Assembly: GCF_006345805.1 (NCBI RefSeq) | Contig: NC_043026.1 | Coordinates: 14,735,579 to 14,799,578, forward strand | DNA length: 64,000 nt | DNA from: Octopus sinensis | Lineage: Eukaryota | Direction of reading: 5' to 3' | In this document: piece after piece, positions 1 through 10,780 of the stretch | How positions within the stretch are numbered: position 1 is the first letter of the stretch | Layout of the letters: the number at the start of each line of letters is the position of its first letter | The notes under the pieces: model-generated | Told to the model about the DNA's origin: nothing | The model's database searches: none | Seen by the model: only the letters and a program-made list of their open reading frames with translations | Made by a program: the position numbers and the translations under genes

Positions 1-189
1 CTAATAGTGGTTTTATCTATAATTTAATTTATATTTATATTGTAAAATTAGATTTAATCCTAAATCTAATTTTTCCCTAATATTATTATATATACATATA
101 TATAATAATAATATTAGGGAAAAATTAGATTTAGGATTAAATCTAATTTTACAATATAAATATATATATATATATCACGTCACCATCAT

Positions 190-484
190 CATGTGACCGA
201 CCAGTCCATCAGATGTAGTTACACATCGCTGGTCACAATGCGTTCGCATTGTTTTAGCCTTCGAATGACGCCACCCCGCTGGCTAAGCGAGCAGGCCAAC
301 AGAAGAGAGATTGGGAGAAAGAATGGTGAAAGAGTACAGCAGGGATCACCTCCCCCTGCCGGAGCCTCGTGGAGCTTTTAGGTGTTTTCACTCAATAAAC
401 ACTCACAACGCCCGGTCTGGGAATCGAAACCGCGATCCTACAACCGCGAGTCTGCTGCCCTAACCACTAGGCCATTGCGCCTCC
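190..484 (-). mobile_element. tRNA-derived SINE sharing its head with 25249 but with a different 3' part
   Basis: Reverse complement begins ggaggcgcaatggcctagtggttagggcagc...ggtttcgattccc. Confidence 0.7.
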
Positions 485-848
485 ACACACACACACACAT
501 ATATATATATATGCATACATAGGCTTGCCTGTGTGGTAGGAAGTTTGATTTCCAACCACATGGCTTGGGGTTCAGTCTGTATCCAAGACTGTGTCCAAAT
601 TGCTCTGGCATCAAAGAGTCCCAATTTTGATGGAATTGTAACAAAAATCAAGCAACAACATTTCTCCAAAACCTGAAGTGAAAAAGCTTCTAGAAAAATC
701 CTTTTGCATCAAGCAACCAACAACAACAACAGCCACATCTCCCTCGAATCATGACAACACGGGGATACTGTAAAGCAGTGATATGCAATGACTGTTAGAT
801 AGAGGGGATGGTCATGGATGGAGCGTGAAGGTTAAAAGTTCTCCTTAC

Positions 849-933
849 CTTGTCGGGATGAACAAGTATTACTTGCTTCTTGTAATATTTCTTTATGTCT
901 TCATCTGTGCTCTGGCATTTCAAACCTAAAATA
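849..933 (-). CDS. DNAJC14: DNAJC14-like coding exon 5, J-domain with HPD motif (ILGLKCQSTDEDIKKYYKKQVILVHPDK)
   Basis: tatccag| acceptor, |gtaagg donor; 85 nt; canonical J-domain helix II and HPD; the gene continues beyond the window. Confidence 0.92.
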
Positions 934-1796
934 CTGGATACAAACACAGACCAATATATATATATATATATACACAACTTTAATGACACTTTGGAAATTA
1001 GTAGGAAGTAATATAATGTACTATTGACTATGCATATTTGCATCTAGGTACTAATGTGTGTATGTTTATTATCACAATATTAAATTGAAAACTGAAACAT
1101 TGAATGTGGAACATATATATGTTTACTAATTTATATTATTTATTTACATCATTATCATCATCATCATCATCATCATCATCGTTTAACGTCCGTTTTCCGC
1201 GCTAGCACGGGTTGGACGGTTTGACCGGGGTCTGGGGAGCCAGGGGCTGCCCCAGGCTCCAGTCTGATCTGGCAGTGTTTCTACAGCTGGATGCCCTTCC
1301 TAACGCCAACCACTCTGCGAGTGTAGTGGGTGCTTTTTACGTGCCACCTGCACAGGTGCCAGAGGGGTCTGGCATCGGCCACGATCGGTTATTGCCTTTT
1401 TTCGTTGCATTGTGGCAGGGGGGAGGGTTCCGGCAGAGGGGAGAGAGAGTGGGGGGTGCATGTAATATAGGGGAGCACCAGTGGGGAAGGTTTGGGGTAA
1501 AGAGAAACGATGACGTATATGTATATTTTTATATGTATAGGAATGTGAGTATATGCACTCATATGTATATCTCCGAAGAGGCCTTATGATATTTTTGTAA
1601 ATGTCTCAGTTATATCTATATATTGACCTACCATAAAAGGCTAATATTGGTAAAATGAGACATACTTATCTACATGGCCGAAACAGCTGTAAGATGTAAT
1701 CTATACTTATATTTATATTTACTTATATTTATATTCTCTTTTTTATATATATTCTACTTATTATACATGTATATATATACATACATATATATCTAT

Positions 1797-1827
<31 letters not shown>

Positions 1828-1856
1828 CACATATATATATATCACATAAGGAACGT

Positions 1857-2076
1857 AAAAGTGGTAATCGATGAAAAACTTCCAGAGTTGCTCAATCGAA
1901 AGGGTGTTTTTTTCCTTCAAGACAACGCTAGACCTTGTGTTTCCTAGCAGACCGGGCAGAAATTGGTGCAGCTTGACCGGAATGCTCTGCAGCAGCAACT
2001 GTATTCACCTGGACTTGTACGGTCAGATTTCAATATAGTTTGATCCCTTATCAATTCCAATTCTTTGGAATAGTGT
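1857..2076 (+). pseudogene. Mariner transposase fragment (copy 1)
   Basis: ELLNRKGVFFLQDNARPCVS*...YSPGLVRSDF resembles the HDNARPH..YSPDLAPSD motifs. Confidence 0.7.
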
Positions 2077-2233
2077 TAGAATGACTTGGACACTATCATT
2101 ATCCAGAATGATGCCAGCTTCTGGGAGGAAGGGATCATGAAGTTGTCTTGAAGATGGCAAATATTGTTTTTGAATTTTACTTAAAAACCAGAACAAACTT
2201 TTGTTGCAACAAATACTTATATATATACACATA

Positions 2234-2640
2234 GGCGCAGGAGCGGCTGTGTGGTAAGTAGCTTGCTAACCAGCCACATGGTTCCGGGTTCAGTCCCACT
2301 GCGTGGCACCTTGGGCAAGTGTCTTCTGCTATAGCCCTGGGCCGACCAATGCCTTGTGAGTGGATTTGGTAGACGGAAACTGAGAGAAGCCTGTCGCATA
2401 TATGTATATATATATATGTGTGTGTGTGTGCCTGTATGTTTGTGTGTCTGTATTTGTCCCCCTAGCATTACTTGACAACCGATGCTGGTGTGTTTACGTC
2501 CCCGTTACTTAGCGGTTCGGCAAAAGAGACCGATAGAATAAGTACTGGGCTTACAAAAGAATAAGTCCCGGGGTCGAGTTGCTCGATTAAAGGCGGTGCT
2601 CCAGCATGGCCGCAGTCAAATGACTGAAACAAGTAAAAGA
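2234..2640 (+). mobile_element. Representative of the dominant ~400-bp tRNA-headed SINE family
   Basis: Head ggcgcaggagtggctgtgtggtaag..ggttcagtccc, central (TA/TG)n, tail gaaacaagtaaaagag. Dozens of full or partial copies, e.g. about 6630, 14235-16610, 19306, 22845, 33542, 44951, 50826, 55125 and 58900. Confidence 0.85.
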
Positions 2641-2687
2641 GTATATACACATATATAGAATGTGTCAGAAAGAGTGAGAGACAATAC

Positions 2688-2739
2688 CTGTAAGGGTCTT
2701 TCCCACGACAATTCAACAACCTTTGCATAGCTTCTTCAC
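2688..2739 (-). CDS. DNAJC14: DNAJC14-like coding exon 4 (EEAMQRLLNCRGKDPY)
   Basis: tttccag| acceptor, |gtattg donor; 52 nt, phase 1 to 2; lead-in to the J domain. Confidence 0.9.
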
Positions 2740-3903
2740 CTGGAAATAAAAGAGAGAATGTGAGGGAGTTAAAGACAAACCTTTGGTATAGTCATACGAA
2801 CAGGGCTTGTCCCTACTTCTTCTGGGTGTCGACCCCAGATCAAGCATCTGCCCATCCCTACACCTGTTTCTCATCCCTAACATCCACGGGACTTTTCAGC
2901 TGCTGTTACCACCTGAGAGCTAACCCCCCCCCCCCAACACACATTGCATCCTGCCTCCTTCTGGTTACCCCCATCCTTCCATCCTTACCCACATTAGGAT
3001 CCCTACCAACACTCTTCCTACCACTCACCTCCCTCATTTGCCATCATTCTCAATGCCCCCTTCCTTCCCCCCCTTATGCCCCTACCCGCATCTTCCTCCT
3101 CCTACACCTTGCACATCATTGATTTATTCTCCTCCCGAACCACTCCGTTATCTCACCTCACCCCTTCTACCATTTCCTTCAATCGAACCCTTCCCACCCC
3201 CATCTTTTTACCACCTGTTACACCCACCCACCCGCATCACATCTTATGAAAGCATTCCCTCTCTCCTCCCATGACCCACTCTCCATATCCTTCTTGTACC
3301 TTGACTGTTTGCTTCGGCACCCCATCACATCTTTTCTTTTATCTTATCTGCTCCTGCCCATCCCTATATATAAAAAGGGGTTAGCCATGTATTTCCTCTA
3401 TAACATCTCTTGTCCCTCTATCTTACTTCAGCCTTTCAACATTCAGCATAAACCCTAACCCCTCTCAAATACTTGCCATTTAGCCTAGGCAAGATTTAGT
3501 GGTTAACCCCATCTGAGAGGACTAGACTTTCAACAGCAGATGAGATGGACCCATCCATTACAACGACAACAACAACAACATGGAAAATGGAAAATGGGAG
3601 TAGAATGAGGAGGATGGTGATGGTGTGAGGGTCAGATCTAATTGTTTGCCTCACTTCATCATCACCTTCCATGCTGGCATGGGTGGGACGATTTGACAGG
3701 AGCTGGCCAGGCGGAAGCCTGCATCAGACTTCTCTGTCTGTTTTTACAGCTGGACTTCTCTGTCTGTTTTTACAGCAGGGATTTTACAGCTGGACGCCTT
3801 ACCTAACACCAATCACTCAGCAGAGTGGTCAATACATTTGATATCGATCTAAGTTAGGCTCTACTACTACAACAACAACAACAACAACAGCAACAACACT
3901 CAC

Positions 3904-4076
3904 CTGTAGCAGGAAGTTTGATGTTTTCATCAAGACCAATTTTGTAAGCGAACTTTTCATCCGTCTGCTTTCGTTTGCTGCCCCCCTGGGACAGGTGTCT
4001 CTTCCAGACATGCATCAAGACCAATGTCCATAGATGGCTGACCACTAATATAAGGACATGCAGCACAGTGGTGACA
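3904..4076 (-). CDS. DNAJC14: DNAJC14-like coding exon 3 (hydrophobic segment ...GLDENIKLPATG)
   Basis: cttaccctccag| acceptor, |gtgagt donor; 173 nt, phase 2 to 1; continues the hydrophobic stretch of exon 2. Confidence 0.85.
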
Positions 4077-4790
4077 CTGGAGGGTAAGAGAGAGAGAGAG
4101 AGAAAAAGAGAAAGAGAGATCATAATCATCACCACCAACACCATCATCATCAACGGTCAGTATGGTGTTGAGTCACTTGACCAATGAAGCACATGCAATA
4201 GATCATGTGAGTCAGAGCTAATCTGGAGCTGCAACCCATCATCATCATCATCATCAGAGATACAAGACCATTACATAAGAACTTTACTGACAGAATCACA
4301 TGCATTTGCCGCCGCCACAAAACTGGCGAACTCATCGAGAAAGCATCACAAGTAGGCAACTGATATTCCTCTGCCTTCTTACATTATATCCACATTTTAA
4401 GTATGATGTACAGCAATGGCCCTCAACCAGGACCCACAACAAAATAGCAAATTTTAAGGTCTCCTGAAAAAATTTTGCTTTAGCTGTATGTATTGCAAGA
4501 CCCGACAAGAAATAAAATTTTAAAGGATGACATTTCCATTTGCTTAAATGCAACCAAAACGATCCATTTTTGAAAAGAACGATGGATTTTTGGCAACAAA
4601 GTGGTATTGAAAAGATCCTGAAGACAATAAAATAAACCACTTTTAATTAGTCCAAGAAACATTCCTTGTGTGAAGAAGGTGTCGCTCTGTATTTGGTGGG
4701 GTTGAAAGGGTTTTATGTATTATGAGCTCTTTCTTACAAAGGGTTCTTAAGTAGAAATTAGATAAATATTGTGTACAATTAAGCAGATTA

Positions 4791-5009
4791 AAAGTGGTAA
4801 TCGATGAAAAACTCCCAGAATTGCTCAACCGAAAGGGTGTTGTTTTGCTTCAAGACAACGCTAGACCCTGTGTTTCCTAGCAGACTGGGTAGAAATTGGT
4901 GCAGCTTGACCGGAATGCCCTGCAGTAGCAACTGTATTCACCTGGACTTGTACGTTCAGATTTCAATATAGTTTGATCCCTTATCAATTCCAATTCTTTG
5001 GAATAGTGT
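4791..5009 (+). pseudogene. Mariner transposase fragment (copy 2, near-identical to 1857-2076)
   Basis: Same boundaries and same in-frame stop. Confidence 0.7.
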
Positions 5010-5909
5010 AAAAATTTTACGCAGTTCAACCTACACAAGTTAAAACATTAATAAACTACATCATCATCATCAATGTTTAACGTCCGCTTTCCATGCTAGC
5101 ATGGGTTGGACGGTTCAACTGGTGTCTGGGAAGCCAGGAGGCTGCACCAGGACCAGTCTGATCTGGCAATGTTTCTACGGCTGGATGCCCTTCCTGACGC
5201 CAACCACTCCGTGAGTGTAGTGGGTGCCTTTTACGTGCCACCGGCACGGGGGCCAGACAAGGCTGGCACACGGCCACGATCGGATGGTGCTCTTTACGTG
5301 CCACCAGGCAAGGCTGGCAACGGCCACAATTGGATGGTGCTTTTTACGTGCCACCGGCACGAGGCCAGTCGGGGCGGCGCTGGCAACGGCCACGTTCGGA
5401 TGGTTCTCTTACGAACCACCGGCACTGGTATCACAGCTGCAATTTCCATTGATGTTGATCGACTTCGATTTTGATTGCTATAAAACTAGTTTTTAAACAT
5501 CAGATGGGTATGAGGGTCCACCAAAACAAAACAGCAATCAAAGGGGCCCATAAATAAAAAATGGTTGAGTACTCCTGATGCACAGAATGTTATACAATTC
5601 AAATTCTTAGTCCGTTGCAGTTGTCTCCCCTGTTCTTTGTGAATTGGAAATAATAACCACCAGGGTACACTAGACATTACTCTTTTACTCTTTTACTTGT
5701 TTCAGTCATTTGACTGCGGCCATGCTGGAGCATCGCCTTTAATCGAGCAACTCAACCCCAGGATTTATTCTTTGTAAGCCCAGTACTTATTCTATCGGTC
5801 TCTATTGCCGAACCGCTAAGTGACGGGGACGTAAACGCACCAGCATCGGTTGTCAAGCAATGCTAGGGGGACAAACACAGACACACAAACACACGCATAT
5901 ATATATATA

Positions 5910-6286
5910 CTAGCAGTATCGCCCGGCGTTGCTCAGGTTTGTAAGGGAAATAACTATAAAGCATTTTTAGAGAGTTATAGCCAAAAAATAGCAAAAAAAT
6001 GGAAAAAAAATGATGGTAAATTTTTTTTGAGAGTTAAAAAAGGTGGAGTTGCGTCCCCTAGACGGTCTGTGGTTTGGGTTTCTGATTCTCGACCCCATGT
6101 CGAATTTATCGATTTTTTTCAGAACTGGGGGAACTTTTCAAAATTTTCGCTGCGTTAGTTTTGAATTATGACATTGGGCTATGTGTGTGTCAAGTTTCAT
6201 CAGAATCGGTTGAAAGCCGTGGTTAGAGTGAGGGTACGAGAAAACAGACACACAGAAAACGCACAGACAAACTGCCGTTTATATAG

Positions 6287-6291
<5 letters not shown>
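5910..6291 (-). mobile_element. Non-autonomous Helitron-like element A
   Basis: Minus strand: 5' TC(TCTCTATATAAA), 3' GC-rich hairpin gcaacgccggg plus CTAG, inserted between A and T, no TSD. Confidence 0.7.
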
Positions 6292-6327
<36 letters not shown>

Positions 6328-6793
6328 TACGACAGGCTTCTTTCAGTTTACGTCTACCAAATCCACTCACAAGGCATTGGTCGGCCCAGGGCTATAGCAG
6401 GAGACATGAGCCCAAGGTGCCACGCAGTGGGACTGAACCCGCAACCATGTGGTTGGTAGGCAAGCTACTTACCACACAGCCACTCCTGCGCCTGCATATT
6501 ATTTCCTAAACTACTGAGGAAATGCCGTTTCAATTTTCGCTTTCTGGGTGCTGCCAATCTCTTCCCTTATTAACCAACAATATAGAACTGGTCTTTTTGA
6601 GTTATTCCCCTTAGAACAATAAAACACAGGAGTGGCTGTGTGGTAAGTAGCTTGCTAACCAACCACATGGCTCCGGGTTCAGTCCCACTGCGTGGTATCT
6701 TGGGCAAGTGTCTTCTGCTATAGCCCCGGGCCGACCAATGCCTTGTGAGTGGATTTGGTAGACGGAAACTGAAAGAAACCTGTCGTATATATG

Positions 6794-6843
<50 letters not shown>

Positions 6844-7092
6844 TCCCCCTAGCATTGCTTGACAACCGATGCTGATGTGTTTACGTCCCCGTCACTCAGC
6901 GGTTCGGCAAAAGAGACCGATAGAATAAGTACTGGGCTTACAAAGAATAAGTCCCGGGGGCCGATTTGCTCGACCAAAAGGCGGTGCTCCAGCATGGCCG
7001 CAGTCAAATGACTGAAACAATTAAAAGAGTAAAAGAGAGTAAAGAGAGAGAAGATGGTGACATGCAGACAGAGAGACAATCAGAGTACTTAC

Positions 7093-7186
7093 ATAGCCAA
7101 TAGTAAGACCATCGTAGTGACAGACAGAGTCCACAGTTGCTGGCCCAGCCAATAGAGTTTCTCATTCAATAATTTGGACATTTTAG
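7093..7186 (-). CDS. DNAJC14: DNAJC14-like coding exon 2 (AKMSKLLNEKLYWLGQQLWTLSVTTMVLLLA)
   Basis: ctctctcag| acceptor and |gtaagt donor; 94 nt, phase 1 to 2, matching both neighbours. Confidence 0.8.
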
Positions 7187-7253
7187 CTGAGAGAGAAAAA
7201 AGAAATAATTAGCGGTTGCATTAGACTGATCTGTAATCAACTGACCCGTTTAA

Positions 7254-9110
7254 CCCTTTCGTTACTATATTTATTTTGAGGTGCTTTGTGTTTCTTTCAA
7301 TTACTTTAAATATAACAAAGAATTTAGTAAAATAACTTAGTTATCATTAAGCTAGTGTTAGGAACATAAATTGTGATTAAGGTTTGGGGGAAGATTTTAA
7401 TTCAAAACTTATGAAAACAAGACATTTGTACTACAGAGACAGAAGTGGTTTCAGTCAGATTGGTATCAAAAGGGTTAAGAATTGTTTCTCTATTATATAT
7501 TTCAACCCTTTCGTTACTATATTTCTTTTGAGATGCTCTGTGTTTCTTTCAATTATTTTAAATATAACAAAGAATTTAGTAAAATAACTTGGTTATCATT
7601 AAGCTAGTGTTAGGAACATAAATTGTGACTAAGGTTTGGTGGAAGATTTTAATTCAAAACTTATAGAAACAAGACATTTTACCACAGAGTCAGAGGCAGT
7701 TTCAGTCAGATTGGTATTGAAAGGGTTAAAAACACCTCTACATTTGGGCAGATGGACATTAGAAGCAGTTGGAAGGGTGTGGATTGAAGGAAATTTAGGC
7801 TATTATTTCTCGCATATAGAGTGACCACATTGAGGTCTCCTTCTCTCATGTTTTCTGCTGATTATTTTTCTTCTTAACCCTTTCGTTACTGCATTTATTT
7901 TGAGATGCTCTGTGTTTCTTCTAATTATTTTAAATATAACAAAGAATTTACTAAAATAACTTAGTTATCATTAAGCTAGTGTTAGGAACATAAATTGTGA
8001 CTAAAGTTTGAGGGAGAGTTTAATTCAAAACTTATAGAAACAAGACATTTTACCACAGAGCCAGAGGCAGTTTCAGTCAGATTGGTATCGAAAGGGTTAA
8101 GAATTGTTTCTCTATTATATATATTTTAACCCTTTTGTTACCATATTTATTTTGAGATGCTCTGTGTTTCTTTCAATTACTTTAAATATAATAAAGAATT
8201 TAGTAAAATAACTTAGTTATCATTAAGCTAGTATTAGTAACATAAATTGTGACTAAGGTTTGGTGGAAGATTTTAATTCAAAACTTATGGAAACAAGACA
8301 TTTGTACTCAGAGCTAGAAGTGGCTTCAACCAGGTTGGTACCAAAAAGGGTTAAGAATTGTTTCTCTATTATATATTTCAACCCTTTCGTTACTGCATTT
8401 ATTTTGAGATGCTCTGTGTTTCTTTGAATTATTTTAAATATAACAAAGAATTTAGTAAAATAACTTAGTTATCATTCAGCTAGTGTTAGGAACATAAATT
8501 GTGACTAAGGTTTGGTGGAAGATTTTAATTCAGAACTTATGAAAACAAGACATTTGTACTACAGAGACAGAAGTGGTTTCAACCAGGTTGGTACCAAAAA
8601 GGGTTCAGAATTGTTTCTCTATTGTATATTTCAACACTTTTGTTACCATATTTCTGTTGAGATGCTTTGTGCTTCTTTCAATTAATTGTAAATATAACAA
8701 AGAATTTAGTAAAATAACTTAGTTATCATTCAGCTAGTGTTAGGAACATAAATTGTGACTAAGGTTTGGTGGAAGATTTTAATTCAAAACTTATGAAAAC
8801 AAGACATTTGTACTACAGAGACAGAAGTGGTTTCAACCAGGTTGGTACCAAAAAGGGTTCAGAATTGTTTCTCTATTGTATATTTCAACACTTTTGTTAC
8901 CATATTTCTGTTGAGATGCTTTGTGCTTCTTTCAATTAATTGTAAATATAACAAAGAATTTAGTAAAATAACTTCGTTATCATTCAGCTAGTGTTAGGAA
9001 CATAAATTGTGACTAAGGTTTGGTGGAAGATTTTGATTCAAAACTTATGAAAACAAGACATTTGTACTACAGAGACAGAGCCGGTTTCAGCCAGGTTGGT
9101 AACAAAAGGG
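7254..9110 (+). mobile_element. Tandem array of seven ~220-bp piggyBac-type MITEs (CCCTTT...AAAGGG, TTAA flanks)
   Basis: Copies start at about 7254, 7506, 7878, 8130, 8382, 8635 and 8889; TTAA at 7250-7253 and 9111-9114. Confidence 0.75.
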
Positions 9111-9129
9111 TTAATCTATTTCTCATTAA

Positions 9130-9351
9130 CCCTTTAGTGTTTGCATTATTCTGCCAAAATTAATCCTTTTTCATCCACATTGCCTTGTACTAATCAGGCA
9201 TTAATCTTGTAGTTATGAGATTTTAATGAGGTAGCTGTTAATTTTTAAAACGATATTGTAGGGTTGGCGTGAGAGACCAGATCTGGCCAGTCGGAACATA
9301 AAACAGGCAGAATACTTTTGGCCGGATATGGCCAGTTTAAATGCTAAAGGG
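9130..9351 (+). mobile_element. Second TTAA-flanked piggyBac-type MITE family
   Basis: TTAA|CCCTTTAG...CTAAAGGG|TTAA; homologous to the copies at 42400-43759. Confidence 0.7.
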
Positions 9352-10507
9352 TTAAACAACCTAATCCTCACACACACCCCTCCTCACCATTCCAATCACA
9401 AAAGATTGGCCACAGAAAAGGTGATCACAGAGGCAGTGCTCCAGCTTGGTCAAAGCCACTGAGCTAAAACGGATAACAGACTATATAGAGGACTCCCTCT
9501 CTCAGGGTAAAAGACAGACTGCATGATGCTCGTGTTTTGCCTTTCATCCTTTCGGGGTCGATTAAAGAAGTACCAGTTACGCACTGGCGTTGATATAATC
9601 GACTTAATCCATTTGTCAGTCCTTGTTTGTCCTCTCTGTGTTTAGCCCCTTGTGGGTAGTAAAGAAATAGGTTGTATTCCATGATAATGAGGCATGAGCC
9701 CAGAATGCAGAAGACGTAGGATAAACTAGAGAGACATGGAATCTAGGATGCTCTCATGGATGTGCAACATCAGTGTGCATGTGCAACAAAGCGCAGAAGT
9801 GCTGACAGAAAAGTTGGACAACTGCAGTATGCAAGAGAGAGGACAGATGCATGAAGAAGTGCCAATCACTTAAAGTAGAGGACACCTGTTGAAGAGGGAA
9901 ACCCAGCAAGAGATGTGATTATGTGGTGAGGGCCGTTCTCAGGATGAAATGGGCCCCATGGAAGAGATGACCAGGACGACTGGTAATATAAGGTTCTTGA
10001 GAAGACCCACTCATTTCAGCAAAACCGAGTTCTGGAAGCACTGTGTGTTCCACCCACATGTAACAATACAATGTTTAGCCTATCTCTCTCTCTCTGATGA
10101 CAGTGTGCTTGGCCTATGGTGTCCTCACCCGACACGATGTTCCAATAGCTGGGACATTCTAGAAACCTTTTATTATATAAGAAAATTAAATGTCCTCGTC
10201 AAGTCTTGCCAAACCGTTTGCCTTTTCTTTTCTGTTTTAACGTATAGCTATACTGACTCAAGGGGAAGCCACTTCCAGCCGCTTTGGACAAAGCAGTCAC
10301 AAAATCACACCTGGAATTTTAGTAGCATAAAGATTTGAGCCTTTAGAGTGCATAGCTATTGGCTGGAGTCAACCTGATTGACGAAAACTCCTAGTATCCT
10401 TTATATATATATGTGTATGTGTATGTATATATAATATATATTTAATTTTTTTAAAATTTTATCTAGTTCCAGCTCACGAGCTGTGGCCATGCTGGGGCAC
10501 CGCCATT

Positions 10508-10570
<63 letters not shown>

Positions 10571-10780
10571 GTATAAAAACATGAACAGGTACAATGAGAG
10601 AGAGAAGATAGACAGACAGACAGAGAGAGCATGTAGAGAAAATGAGAAAAGACGAAAAACAGAAGATGCCAAAAAGTTGAGTGGTGGGCATGGATGGAAG
10701 GGAGTTTAATGTTGGAGAGACGTGAGAAGGGGTGAGGGAGGGAGGGAGGGGTTGAAAGAGATATAAAGTGTAAAACTTAC

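Noticed and set aside
2780-3460. Pro/Ser/Leu-rich ORFs in pyrimidine-rich tracts (also 55660-56110)
   Set aside because: Low-complexity intronic sequence antisense to the host genes, with no splice or homology support
4383-4617. Longer 235-nt version of the candidate DNAJC14 exon using the gtaaga donor
   Set aside because: Ends in phase 0, incompatible with the phase-2 acceptor at 4076
10095-10175. CTGATGA...GAAA as another hammerhead
   Set aside because: No stem II pairing next to the core and no stem III/NUH; CTGATGA at 34435 (Helitron-like element) and in (GAT)n tails was rejected likewise
10401-10780. ORF-track extension of the 1238-aa ORF past 10781
   Set aside because: Read-through into the intron after a consensus gtaagt donor; the translation degenerates into microsatellite-derived YI repeats
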